DNA of 62,352 nt, filler included, from Choristocarpus tenellus KU-1152 (taxonomy: Eukaryota > Protista > Phaeophyceae): assembly GCA_964200185.2 (NCBI GenBank). It is 8 parts of 8 records of this genome, joined end to end, with 100 filler letters (N's around TTAATTAATTAA, not from the genome) between each part and the next. Parts side by side here need not be neighbours in the genome. Positions count along the whole stretch, not along the records: positions 15,383 to 36,989 come from CAXNAD020000333.1; positions 37,090 to 42,764 come from CAXNAD020010050.1; 6 more parts are not named here. One strand, given 5' to 3'. Every line of letters begins with the position of its first letter. The stretch's first letter is position 1. The translations under genes were made by a program, and so were the position numbers. The notes under the pieces were generated by a model. It was given only the letters and a program-made list of their open reading frames with translations. It had not been told where the DNA came from and ran no database searches. This document shows, one piece after another, positions 25,701-38,644 of the stretch.

Positions 25701-28700
25701 ACATTTAACTATCCATGAAACAAATTTAACTATCCATGAAACAAATTTAACTATCCATGAAACAAACAGATGATATATACAAACTCCACAACACAATCCA
25801 AAACACACTACCAACAATCCTAATCCCAATCCTAACCCTAACCCTAACCCTAACCCTAAACAAAGCAGGGTCCACATACCGCACTAATCTTAACCCTAAC
25901 CCTAACCCACCTCATATTCAATCTCTTCCCCCTCCCACATGGCAGTTCCAATCTTGGGGTTTGCAAAGCTTGTTGGCGGTTGAGGTAACGGGGGCAGATC
26001 GAACTCACTTGGACCATAGTCATCTTCATCCTCCTCATCCTCATCAACAAACTCCCCCTAATAATGCACACACATGACAACGGTCAATCATATTCCATTG
26101 CATGAATATATATATATATATGTAACAAGGGTTGTAAACAATCATGCATGTATACATATATGTATGTTGTATCAGTTTCTCCACATATCTATGCAAATAT
26201 ATGTACTATGCCTTGAAACTGCTTTTCAAAGTACATACATATATATACATATATATATACACTTGATAAATGTAAGATAAATATTTACACACAATTAATG
26301 GGTAGTGTCTACATCTTGAATGCGCCAACCCACTAACCTAGCCGTAACCCTAACCTTCTGATATACATCAGCTATCCAAACTCAAGAAAAATACTGTTCT
26401 TCCCTTCTTCTCTTTCTTGACTCGTGTTAAGAGCCCTGTACCCCTTGCTTTTCCTTCAACTACCTGTTGACCACAGGTCAGGGAACCCTTGAACTAATGC
26501 GAAGAATAACAATTATTATTAGTAGTATCACAACAAAATATATATATCAAGAATATTAATAAATATTATAAACCAATTTGAAGAATAATAATATTAATTC
26601 TTATATTTTACAAAACATGAATGGGAACGAAAAAGAGTACCACAAATTAGTCCAAGCTTGAGCAAGCGTAGAGAGATGCTGACCCTAACCCTAAGGAACC
26701 ATCCAAATTGTCTTAACCTAATGGTTACAGTACAGTTGTGTAAAAATCCCTCTCTGAAATAGTATATCTTATCGCCTCCACCCTACAACGCATTAGGGTT
26801 AGGGTTAGTTCCCTGTGGTCGTCACCTGCAATGTCAGGGTAACAGGCGTGTTGAAGAGGTGGACATCATCCTGTTCCAGCTCACGCTTAGGTTCAGGAAG
26901 CACCAGGGGGGTTAGGGTTAGGGTTAGGGTTAGGGTTGGCATGATGAGAAAAGAGTTCAAAACAAAAATACTACGTAGCACTATTTTACATACACATATA
27001 TCATAAAAATATATCGAGTAACATTTGTAATCGCAGTTACACTCATAACAAAAATCACTATGATAACAATAATCACTATCACAATCAGCACCATAAAGAT
27101 CAGAGTACTAGCGTTCATGTTCTACGGAGCACACAGGGCTGACAAAGGAACCCAAAGAGTCACAACCACTTCAAGGGTTGCTGCAATGGACAGGGTCAAG
27201 GGTGTTTACTTGCATCTCCTCTATTGCTGCATTATGACATTGTTCACATTTGTCATACCATTCACTTTACTCCCACCCATAGTTCAAAGTTGAAGTAGTT
27301 CCCTGTATTGGGTCAGAATCGAGAGGTCAGTTCATAAAACTGACGATAAAAAGAAGCACCCTAACCCTAACCCTAACCCTGACCATGAATATGACGCTAT
27401 TGTGTGCAAAGCCCGAGTTGCCAGATTCCCAAAAAAGAAGAAAAAAATAACCCTAACCCTAAGAACAAAATACCCATGGAAAGTAAAAAAAAAGGTCTGC
27501 AGTCAAGCCAATGACGAGGGAATTGAACGTATTAAATATTATTTATTATTAAATATTATGTAGTAAAATTATCTAAGGGCAAGGAGGTGTGGACAATGAT
27601 GAACCCACCCGTACCACACTATCTAATCCTAACCCTAACTTACTTTTAGGGGTTAGGGATCAGGGTCACTTGACCCATATTTCCTCGATCTATATCAACA
27701 AACAAGAAAAACCAAGTAGCACAAAGTGAGTAGGGAAGGAGGGGGGAGGGGGGATAGAACAGTCACTTTGGAGTTCTCGCAAGGCGCAAAGGTCGTGTTA
27801 AGCACAGGATGAGGGGGAGAGCAGAGTCTTGTAACACATGTTTTCCAAATCCTCACCCTAACCCTATCCTGACTGTCCATACTTGAACACTGTGTGACAT
27901 GACATGTTCATCAAGATCACAATGACTCTCTTCTTCCCACATTTGTCCTTGCTGTGTACAAATGTTTGTTGTGGTTGTTGTGGTTGTTCCTTTTGAAGGA
28001 GTAGAAAAAAAACAATTTTCGACACATTATGGAAGAGAACAAAAGCTACTAACATTTGGTAACTATTTTTCGTTTTACTGGTAAAATTGAGTAGTAGCAT
28101 CAACAGCGGTGAGAAACTCATCATCCACAGTTGTAGCAAATCAAGGTTGCACCACCACAGCAACCCTGAGCCCAACTCTAAGCCAATCTCTGAAAGCACT
28201 TCAGGGGGGGGTCACGTTGTGACACATGTCATGTTGCTGAAACCTGAACCCAGAGTAATCATATGCATAATGTAGTAAAACAGTAGCGGGTTCATGGGGA
28301 TGAGGTGGGTCTGGGTTAGGACGGCCAAAGTCTATAGACATATCCATAGTGCCAGGAGTCCTTCGCTGTTGAGTCTTGTGTAAAGCATTATGCTAGAATT
28401 AGGACACATGCTACATTGGAGTCTTGAAGTTGAAATTCTGGTTTGGGCTAAAGCAACGGAAGACTCGATATAGAAACAGCTTAGAGAGATTTGCTTGGGG
28501 CTAGAGGTTGAGCTCGAGCGTATGGGTATGGCTAGTGGTTAAGATGACAACTACAATGAGAGTTCTTGTTGAGGACACCTGCAAAGAAGGCAGCAAAGTC
28601 TCCATGAGCTTAGAGTCCAGAGGAATCGGCTCCACGCCATCTTCCGTAGGAATACAGATGGAGACTGCCCAGTCGCAAGGGTGCCCGATGATGTAGCGTT

Positions 28701-29434
28701 TGCCACCCACGACAGCGAACCGGTCGGCGTAGACTTCAATCACCTTGTCAACCCTGCGTTAGAGACAGAAGGATGGTGGCAAGGGGCCCAGCCTGGGTTC
28801 AGACTTGTCTGACAGAAGAAAGAAGAAAAAAATATTCCGAAGGGACTGTCCCTGTTCCCCCATCAATGCCTGTGATCAGGCATACCCTTCGGTTGCATGG
28901 TGATTAACGGTATCAGTGGATGGCATCGGCAGATTCACCCACACTTGAGAGGAGTGGTTCTAGTATGGTGTACCTGCCAGGTAACCTCTCTCGACAGAGG
29001 TACACCTCATCCACCAGTTCTGGGGGCACGACCTCAAGCCTTGGAGGAGAACCTGGTCCTTTGGATTTCGCCTTGCTCCCTCCTCTGCCACCCCGACCAC
29101 GACCTCGACCCCTGCCACGACCTCCACCACGACCACCGCCAACATTCTCGCCAAAGCCACCTCTGCCAGCCTTTCCAGCAGTTCGCCCACCCTCGCCACG
29201 CCCACTCTCCCCACGTCTACCTGACCCACTTCCACTGTCACTCCGTCCTGCAGCCATCATGGTCCACCCTCTGTGGAGATGACAGTCGTAGCAGTTGTCA
29301 TAATGCTGTTCAACCACTCTTGACGGCACCCGTGCAAGGTGAGCAACACCTCCATGAAATACGAAGGCGAAAGTGGACGGGGACAATACTGCTAATAGCA
29401 GCCCCAAGTTGACCAGCGCGCATGTTCGTAACAT
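16712..29434 (-). CDS. Plastid-targeted DUF3727-like protein; exons 29434-28974, 28753-28579, 26885-26826, 26057-25911, 24917-24808, 23385-23277 and probable last exon 16849-16712
   Basis: Signal peptide ending STFA-F; YIIGHPCDWAV, LFNTPVTLTLQGE, VELIASYWHEEKEYALVKHLEPIFIIAR resemble DUF3727/DUF1292 cyanobacterial-plastid proteins; all GT-AG introns phase-consistent; last exon uncertain. Confidence 0.8.
17185..17820. repeat. Long spacer-less inverted repeat (foldback)
   Basis: 17185-17500 aligns to the reverse complement of 17509-17820 (e.g. CTTTTCACTGGGAACAGTTG, TGTGCCTCCTTTGGAAGAG, CCCACTGCTCAG); 8-nt central loop. Confidence 0.9.
18224..18405. mobile_element. MITE family B copy
   Basis: GGCTCTAAGTATCTGGGGG / CCCCAGATACTTTGGGTC; flanks ATGT/ATTT. 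Confidence 0.8.
18550..18820. mobile_element. MITE family C copy
   Basis: Inverted ends AATTGAGAGGTAGGCA / TGCATACCTCTCAATT; interior shared with 20140-20400 and 43592-44026. Confidence 0.7.
20140..20400. mobile_element. MITE family C copy
   Basis: GTGTCAAAG...CTTAGGCTC; 3-bp flanking direct repeat ATT/ATT. Confidence 0.7.
22646..22708. repeat. (ATT)n microsatellite
   Basis: About 21 perfect units. Confidence 0.98.
23860..24023. repeat. 17-bp minisatellite, ~9-10 copies
   Basis: ACTGTAACGGTCATGT(G/A) units. Confidence 0.95.
25704..25766. repeat. 21-bp tandem repeat x3
   Basis: TTTAACTATCCATGAAACAAA. Confidence 0.95.
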
Positions 29435-31099
29435 GGCAAGCGTCAATAGGAAAATGGAGGACTCAACACTAGTTATGTCTATAGTATTTGTAGTCCATTA
29501 GACAATCATGTCCTATAGAGGGTTAGGGCAGCGATTAGGATTTGATTGGGAATATTGGGAATTTAAAACACTTCAACACTTTTCAGTATGTTATATCAAA
29601 TATTTTCATTTTACAACAGTAACATATCTACGGGCTATATATACATAGATGTGGTTCTTCATATCCTCCACATGGTCAACAGTCACAAAACCACCAATAA
29701 AAAAAGGTGGCAGAACTCTCTTCGTTATTGAAGTAATAGGTAGGTATAGAGGATGAGTGGATAAGAAAGATTGCATACATAATTCTGTGTGTGTGAAACG
29801 TGACTGTTGTAACACCCTCACTTCGCAACCGAACAAATTGCATCATTTTCAGATGAAAACAAAAGGATTTGTAAATGTTCAAAATATTTTTCTATATACT
29901 ATTTTACTACCACCTATCCTACACCACTCCCCTCCTATTCCCCCAATCTAGCTTATCCCTAACCAAAGGGCAAGGAGGTAGGGAAGTATCCCAAGAATAT
30001 GACAGGCTCCTCCTTGCCCGTCTCCCAGGTGTCTCCAGCTTAGAACGCATGACACATCTTGATAGGACCACTTGTGTTGTGGCAGACACTATCTGTCGTA
30101 AACGGGATCTGACAGCTCCTTTCCTGCTCTAGTCTCTCGCCCCTCTCCCCCCTACCACGTACGTAGCCAGCTCATCTAGAAAACTCTCTGCTTCATACCG
30201 AGGCGCCCAAAACTTTCCACCGCAAAGGTGTTGAGGTTAACATTTCATAAACGAACATGAAACTGCCGCACCGCGTTATATCTTTATATCGACACACGCA
30301 ATATAAGCATAACACCATGTGTTGCTGTCAACAGTTGAAGCGGTGATTTTAAATCAATCAGGATTAAGCAGGTTGTGAGTGAGGAAGCAGAACATGATAT
30401 CGGTGGGAAGGGTTGCACAGGAGAGTCACGTATGGTTACACACACGAAAGGCATACAATATCGGCCAAGGACGTGGAACAAGTGGAAGTAGGCAGAGTGC
30501 ACCTGAGTGGGCCTGTACCCATAAAGGAGGGAATAGATACAGTAGGTTCCGTCACCTAAGCAAGTTACCCTGCGAAACGAGGCAAATGGTAAGGTCTTTC
30601 TGCCGATACCCTGGGTGTAAAGCATACACTTACCCCTCAAAGTGGCAGATTGAACGTAGAGGTCGCAGTGTTTTGACATGGATCATCCCACACCTCCTCC
30701 GTAGTTTTTTCATTGTCCATAGATAGGATCGTCATAACCTTGGATGGATGGCATGCTCGAACGATGCACTGTTGGAAACGTAGAAGGTGGGAAAGTGTCA
30801 AGCAGATTATCACCAGTTCGAAAATATCGTTTCCTCTACAACCATGATAACACCAACAGAGTACTCTCACCGAGGGCGCTTGAATTGGCCAAGGTTGTAA
30901 CGTGCAGAAGTGAGAGGCAGGCCATTACTAGTTCCGACTGCATTGTTCTCTCGTCTGGCCTAAACATAACACCGTCACACCCTAACCAATGCCGACAAAA
31001 TCATGAGGGAAGAATCCAGGACATTTCAAGAAACTCTCAAAGTCCCATGTGGTGGGCTGAGTATTCTCTTCAGAATGAAGAGCCAAGGTAGGACATCCA

Positions 31100-33855
31100 T
31101 TTTACAAAACGTTCCCACAGCTTACCACGGTGGGATATGTAGCTCCAATCCAAAAGCCTGTAGGCTGATGATGAGACTTGTAGACAGCGCCATAGTGGAA
31201 ATATCATTCCATATACTGGATCTCTCACTTTGATTATTCGCTTTATGATTTCAGATATAGAAAGAACTCAGGAAAGTTGACTTGGGCAATGGATGGTCTC
31301 ATATTGCCTGCATAATAAATAGTCAAGAAGCACAACATATATAATCTAGGACTTCAACCTCATAATGGCATTGACGAAACCGCCATTAAGTCCCCATTGC
31401 CTGTGGTATGTCCCTCCAGCATGGAGCATGACCAATTTAATGCGAAGAACAGACGATTGTACAAGAGAATATGATGTATCTCCTTATCCTACCATGACTG
31501 TAGCAAAAATCAAATGAATGTCACTTCCAGGTTCTAATATATCAGTAGACAGCGTTGGGAATCCAGCTGAGGAGGAAACTTGAAGGAAAAATCTTTGCTC
31601 TCACAACATGTACATATGATACCATATCACTTGTATCTCACGGCACTCACTCTGCATTTGACATAACGTTGAAGAGAAAACCTCCTATACCAGTAAAGTA
31701 TTTCACTCACCTCGAAAGAGGGTAATGTCATAGAAGAGCTCTAATGTTCCAGAACCATTAACACAAAATAAAAAGTGACAAAATCGCTATTCATAAAGTG
31801 GAACCTACTCTACAGAAAATTGGGACACATGAAATACACGACAATAATGCTGCCAGCATCCCCATGCATAATTTCGAGGTCATCCCCTCATTAGAGGGAG
31901 ACCCTGAGACCCTGTGAAGTTGTGGTCTGGAGGACAGGTCATTGATGCGACCGGTAGACATTGTAAGGGAGCCCATATTCTTGTATGGCCTCGAGGTTTC
32001 ATAGAGAGACCGTGAAGACATGATGTCGAGTGTAGGTCATTGATACGATCGAGAGTAATGTCCTCACGCATGGTCGCAAGGTCCATTCCTCACTGGGGAT
32101 GTGGCGTCTGAGTCACAGATGAGACGAATAGCGCGAGCATTTCTTCTCGTGTTCTAGCAAGCGCGAGCAGTATATGAGATTTGTAGCAAACGGGGGACCT
32201 TATATATGCCGATTTCTTAAAAGTTACAGGAAAGATTTGCAATTTGAGTATGCATACAACAGCTGGTAGATGTCTTTCGACTTGTTGTCTGTAGAAATCG
32301 GGTGGATGATGCAAATATAAGAATACTTTGAAAGCCGCCAAAGTATCTCTTGCTCACTCTGTATTTCTCGATTAAAACATTATGTCAAGCTTTGAGCTAG
32401 CACTAAGTGGAGCATCAAGAGAAGAGGGACTGACGTGACTATCAACTGTAGAAATACTCCCGTAGCATCGTTTTGAGGTTGTTGGATTAGAGCTACACAT
32501 CCTGTGGAGGTAAATTCTGGAGCGTGTTGTATCAGTGATGATACAGATTCTTTCCCCACAAGTCGAGAGAAGTGCTCTTTAGGTGTGCCTGTAGTTGGAT
32601 TCTTGCTTTCGGTCTGACGTCTTATACCCCTTCCTCTTATAATCTTTTGGTGCAGGACTTCCTACCCAAACCGTTTGGCCTCCTTTTCAATCGGTTTTGA
32701 CATTTTTGGGGCGTTTTTTCTTTCTACACAGCACGGTATATAAAAAACCGTTTCCAATCATTGGGTCCCCTGAGATGTACGGACGGACCTTGCTGAGAAT
32801 ATTACTATATCATACATGAAATGGCGTTAACGCTCTTGTCATCGTCCATAATAAGCTGTGCGTATTGCAATTGTAGATACAGCCTGTCGTGGATGTTGAA
32901 ATCTGGAGTAGGGCTGTCCTCTTGGTTGTCCGCCAAAATGTCGAACTGGTTCAGGTCCAGATCACTTGCAGAGCCTTCCCTCAGCCTCTACAGTGTCGCC
33001 CTTCCTGATCATGCAAGGCACTAGGGGTTCCCTTGTCCACCTGTGTGGATACTGGGGCTGGTTGAGATGAAGGTTGAACGTTACCTGTACATTGGTAGTT
33101 GAGGCAGGACCCTGCCTCTTTTCTCCTTCTCCAACTTTTCCTTTGGGGTGGTATCCATTGCTGTCTTCAGAGTCTCAGAGAAACACAGATTTGTCAGCCA
33201 TGTGTAAAAGTGCTGCTATGAATTTACTCCTAATTCGACCAAGCGTGAGTACCAGTGACAAGGCGCCAATTCTTGATGGGCTTCTCCAGAGGGGGTAATC
33301 AGACATGTTCACTGTATGCAAGCTCGAACAATGATGAGGGAAATGGCCGAGTCTTAGATGTTCATCCTCTAGTCATCTCAAGTGGAATCGAGGTTAATCA
33401 GAGCAAATCAGAAGCCTTTGCACAAGTCAGATGTCCCAGAATGTGAAGCAGCAGATATGCAATGCTAATTCAGAATTGTATTAGAACTTCGATTGACCGA
33501 ATGTCCTCCGTGCTGTTCATCCACATCCGGATCTTGTGTGCATGTCTCGACCTTTGATGTTACAAAACGCTCCCCAAGCTTACCATGATGGGATATATAG
33601 CTCCGATCTACAAGGCTGTATGTGGATGATGAGGCTCATAGAGGGCGCCAAAAAGGGTATATGTTCAAATGTGCTGGATCTCTCACTTCGATTGTTCACA
33701 TTATTGCTTTCATAGGAATAAAAAAATAGGACTGAACAAAGATGTACCACCTCTATGCTGCATCATAATGACTAAGAGTAAAAAATAGTAAAGTACAAAT
33801 ATCTTAAACCTAAGACTTCAAGGTCATCATGGCGTATATGAAACCGCCATTAAGA
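31100..33855. repeat. Diverged direct duplication (~31100-31395 vs ~33560-33855) within decayed coding-like DNA
   Basis: Shared, collinear blocks AGCTTACCA..TGGGATAT.TAGCTCC, CTGGATCTCTCACTT, GAAACCGCCATTAAG. Confidence 0.75.
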
Positions 33856-35637
33856 CGCATCGTCTGTCACATTGAGTGATCGCTTGAGCAGCCTCAATGG
33901 GGAGAGCTAGTGTGCACAATACATTTGACTCGTGTGATATCCATATCAATGTGCCGGAGATCCCGAATGGGACCTGACCCTGACATGCATTATGCGTCTG
34001 AGGTCACTTCCTATAGGCAGTCCAGAGTAGATACATGCAAAGTGAAATGGTACGTCAGTCCACCTTTCTGAAAATAATTTTACTTCTTTCATGTCAATTA
34101 AATTGAAAGCGACCTTCAAGTTATGAACTTTAACAATCTATGCGACCATATTGATCACTTGAAGGATAAAAGCAGATTATGGTATGTTAGGAGATATTCC
34201 CAGGCGAATTGATAATCTATTGTCGGTTGTTTGAGTAACTGCATTACATTAGTCAAGGATGATCCCAGCCTGTGATCAGAGACTCTACATACTGTACTAG
34301 TTCTCATATCGACTAGTGACTAACTGTTGTTGGTGTGATTCGACTAGTTGTACTTTATTCCTGACTTGCTTCTTGTGCTTTGGGTTCGGCATTTCAACGA
34401 GTCAATGCTCAGTCTCCTCCCTTGAATCTTCTGCTGGACCCATCCCAAAGCTTCCCATCTTGATCTTGATCCAGCGTTTTGTGGTATAGTACAGACAGGA
34501 TATCATATTTATTAGTATTTTTGTGAATCGCGACGTTCAATTGGCTTCACTTCTCGATTATTTTGGAATAACCGAACAATTGAACTGAAAACGTTTGGTT
34601 GTTAGGATATTATTATTTTGTTCATGGCTTCGGATCTGCCTACGGAGACATGTGGAGGCTTTGGAGTTTTCGCCTCACGACGCGACGCCCCACTTGGCAA
34701 CTTGCGCATGTTTGGCGTTCGTCGGGTCACGCGCCCACAGTAAAACCGTTCGCCCTGGGTAAAATCGGTGTATTCGTTTTTTTATATCAAACTTTATGTG
34801 TATCTGTGCATTCGTTGTGTTCACGTTATTACTGATGTAATAGCATAACTATACACTTCGTTTGCAACTTTGAATAAGATTTAATCAAAACCAGATATAC
34901 AAGTCACCAGGAAGATGGGCAAGGAGGAGTTTGTTGGATTCTTGAGATGCCTCCCTAACTCCTCGTTCTGAGGTGCAGGAATAGGTAGATTGGAGATACA
35001 GGAAGACAGTGATACAACATAGTAGTAGTGAAATAGATCGTATTTCTCACATTTGTGACAAATTTTTCTTTTTAGGGTTTATATTGATATGTGAATAGTT
35101 TTCATTGGTTTTCCCCTTGACACATCTGGAAAATGTCAGAGAGTATAATAATATGTATACGTGACTAAAGGTTTGGGGTTGAAGGGTTTAGTTCTGCCTC
35201 CTCATCCTTCAATGCCCAATAATGGAAAATATTGAATAAGACCTCGTAGTCTAAAATGTTAATTTTCCACGAAGAATCTGGAGTGTCTTCATTTTCTCAT
35301 AAAGTATTGGGTATCATTCCGAAATTTTGTATTCGGATCGTCACTTCAACACAAGAATTTTGTGAGATGTAGGTATGGAAGCACGCACGACATATGAAAA
35401 TTGGTGACAGTCACAAAGAAATCCCATTTACAGTACTTTTAAACACCTACACGGTCGTGAAACCCCCCTATATTTTTTGTTTTATCATTGTTGGTGCTTT
35501 TCGGTCTAATGACGCATTTAATGTTATTTTTCGGCATTTTTGATTGTTACCAAATGTCCCCGAACATATATTGGGCACATAGAAACGAAGTGTAAGAATA
35601 CACATACAAGTATATGACCAAAACCATTTACCATGTA

Positions 35638-36989
35638 CAGTAAGGGTCCCACTTTAGTGCTGCCCGGATTAGTTCATGTCACGCAACAGTGTTAAAACAA
35701 CAGTGTTAAAACAACAGGTTAAAATCACTTGGCACGACTTCGGTCCCTCAATAGTGCGGTTATGTACCCCCGATAGTGCGGTTAGGGGGCCATGATGAAC
35801 CTGAATAGTGCGGTCACCACACATACCACACATTCTCTCTCTACACACCACACACATAGAGAGAAAACTTGTCATACTGTACTACATACAGCAGTACTGC
35901 TGTTGTGCAGCAGTAGGCGTGTACCACGCGATGCCCTGTGCTGCATGTGAGCTATGCCTGTTTCCCGACATGACCCCAAAAGAACCTAACGGTCATGTAT
36001 GCCAAGGAGGGTGCGGTGGCCGGCTGGAGACCGGCAACGAATTGCATCGCATCTGCCCCCCACATGAGTTGCTGCCAACCAGTCTGCCAACCAGGCCTCG
36101 CAAGCTGCCACGGGCAAGCACAAACTTGGTGCGGCATCTTCCTTGGGAGGGCCTCGAGCCACCAAGAAAGCAGCATGCACGTCCCGCGGACGGCTGACTC
36201 TGGGGCAGAAGCTGGAAGTTGTGGAGCTGCTGGGCCAAAAGGTTACTCACACCGAGATAGCTCGGAGGTACAGCTGTAGCACGAGAACGGTGTCAAACAT
36301 CGCCAGTAGCAAGGAACAACTACTGAAGAACTGGGGCGCCACAGCCTCAGCATGCGAGATCAACGCCAAGGCCGTGAGAAAAGTGCCTTCGCCTTATTCG
36401 GAACTTTCTTCCCACTTCCATCACTTGGAGACCATCGCCGAGAAATGTGGCATGCAGGAGGCCGCTTTCTACTTATAGAAGGCCAGGATGGCAATGATCA
36501 ACGCGCATGCCTCTAGGCCTGTACAACAGACAGACATCAGAGCCTTTGTGAGCCTACCAGAGAGGGATATGTAGTGGAGAGCGGGGTGGTAGTGGTTCAG
36601 TGTCTTAATTCCAGCTGTAATTTGTCTTGATTTTCAGGTGTATCGCTGGTGGTCCTGTTCGGTTACGGTTTGGTATAGAAGCGACGAGTAGGCTCGGGGA
36701 TGGGCAGTCAGTCCTCCTGCTCTGCGCTCTGACGCGTGGTGGATTTTGAGTGCGGTGTGTGGTGATGCGAGTACAGTATGAACGGATCGTCATCAGGGCT
36801 CTGAGCATGAGCCGTACTCTGAAACAAATCGTGTATTGCAATGATATGTGTGAGATACAACAACACTACAGCAGGACCATACTGCTGTTATTCCCTTTCT
36901 GGATACAGTACGTACTGTTACAGGCGAGTAGCGCGAGTATTTCTTCCCGCGCTTTTACTGGCGCGAGCAGTATACGCGCGTGGGGAACC
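35638..36989 (+). mobile_element. Internally deleted pogo/Tigger-like (Tc1/mariner) element
   Basis: TA|CAGT left end, subterminal ATAGTGCGG x3; CENP-B/psq-type HTH RLTLGQKLEVVELL..TEIARRYSCSTRTVSNI; no DDE domain; stop and frameshift; right end not seen before the gap. Confidence 0.75.
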
Positions 36990-37444
36990 NNNNNNNNNNN
37001 NNNNNNNNNNNNNNNNNNNNNNNNNNNNNNNNNTTAATTAATTAANNNNNNNNNNNNNNNNNNNNNNNNNNNNNNNNNNNNNNNNNNNNCATTAGCAATT
37101 GGGACGGAAGCGTGTTTGTGATTGCTGAGGCATGCTCCACCCACCCACCCACCCACACATGTATATATGTATGTTTGCTCCTCCTATGGTTGTGCATAAT
37201 GCACTTACTGTTGGGTTCTTGGTGGGTCTAACCTTACCAGCAACCCCCCATTCCTCCAGAAAGGGGACAATGATTGTTTAGGGCAAAAAAATAGGCATGC
37301 GGGATCACTGTGTCCTTTCTTTTTGGCTAACATCTGGCAAAGTCAGGGCCACCATCCCTACCTGTCTTACATTGCTCCGGTCCCTCAATTCTAATCTCCA
37401 GTATTGTCCATCCCTCCCATTTTTCTCCTCTCACCATTCTGCAG

Positions 37445-38644
37445 ATGTCTTCGCGGAGCTTTGAAGGTGTCCTACATCCCATTTTTCAGGAGGATGAATT
37501 TACCCTGATCGTGGCGGGTGGGGTTCTCGGTGCCCTAGCTGGATTTGCACAGATGCTTGTGAGCACCAAGCCAGTGAGGGAAGCAGCAACTAAGGCAGCT
37601 GCAAGGACTGCAGGGGCATCAGAGGGTATAAGCACTGCTGTAGTTGGGGAGTCAACTGCAAAAACATTGGCCGATGTCTTAAAAACTCGGCGAGGACGAG
37701 TTCTGTCCCATATCAGAAGGTGATTACATCAATGTCATAGACCTCTCTTGCTGTGTGAGTTATCAAATCTTTTGACAGGTTCGCACATCACTCCAGAAGG
37801 GTGTTGGATGGTGGATTGGTGGATGTCTGTGTTGATACATGAACATAGGGTGGCACAGGTCAGGTGTTGACCCTGAGCTGGCTGGTAGGTATCTGAACAA
37901 GAAAGAGCCAGGAGAGCTGCATGATCATCATATATTGGCAACTATTGCGATGTCCCAAATTACCTCAGAAAGAAGGGGTGGATTTTGGAGATAATATTGC
38001 ACCCATAGTGGAGTTGGTTTGATAATGTAAAATGCACTATTGAGGAGAACAGGAAAAAACCAGGTCTTTCAGCACATGACCAGGCCCCCACCACGATCCC
38101 ACAGCAGGATATGACCTACGTCATGCTTTGATCAGTCGGCAAAGTGTGTGTAAGTCATGTCGTGTTGTGATTTTTATCCATTTGCTCAAGCAAATGTCTA
38201 AACAGCCATCCTCAACCTCCCCTTGCATGTTCCCACCTCTTGTCCTGCTTCCCGACTCCCTCCAACTTACTAAAACATTTTCATGCTTGGTTATGTATGT
38301 GTGTATGTGTTATTTGGGATCCAAGGGGTATGGTGAGTGCACTGGCAGTACTATCAGTTGTCACGAACCCATTGAGGGCTGCAAGCACAAAACTACGGCC
38401 CCGTAGCAGATTGACTGCATTGCTTAGCATTGCCATGGCACGTGCTGGAAGACTACAGGATAGAGCCTGGACAGGAGCCAACGATGAAAGTGTTGGGGAA
38501 GGAGAGGAGGCTCAAGGACAGAAGTCAAAACCAGACCCAGGGCTGGGATTGGTGTCTTCAGGCACAGGTGTTCCCAATGCAAGTTCTGGGTTGTCTGAAG
38601 AAGGTTCCATAGATGAAGGCGATGCAACAGGTTCAGACTGGTGA
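37445..38644 (+). CDS. 3' exons of a DUF445-family membrane protein (37445-37719, 38326-38644)
   Basis: Polypyrimidine-cAG acceptor; SFEGVLHPIFQEDEFTLIVAGGVLGALAG is the DUF445 C-terminal signature; phase-2 join to a low-complexity terminal exon (alternative: stop at 37723). Confidence 0.72.

Larger units (their letters stand above)
20787..29530. repeat. More than 20 short interstitial (TTAGGG/CCCTAA)n tracts
   Basis: e.g. 20843-20864, 22799-22822, 23703-23736, 24770-24801, 25818-25860, 26910-26937, 27358-27380; both orientations. Confidence 0.95.

Noticed and set aside
22537-27006. ORFs rich in Y, I, LTLTL, GLGLG or VRVRV
   Set aside because: Translations of (ATT)n and (TTAGGG)n tracts
31160-31205. 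Hammerhead ribozyme core (CTGATGA...GAAA)
   Set aside because: No stem II pairing between the motifs, and the paralogous copy near 33625 lacks the core
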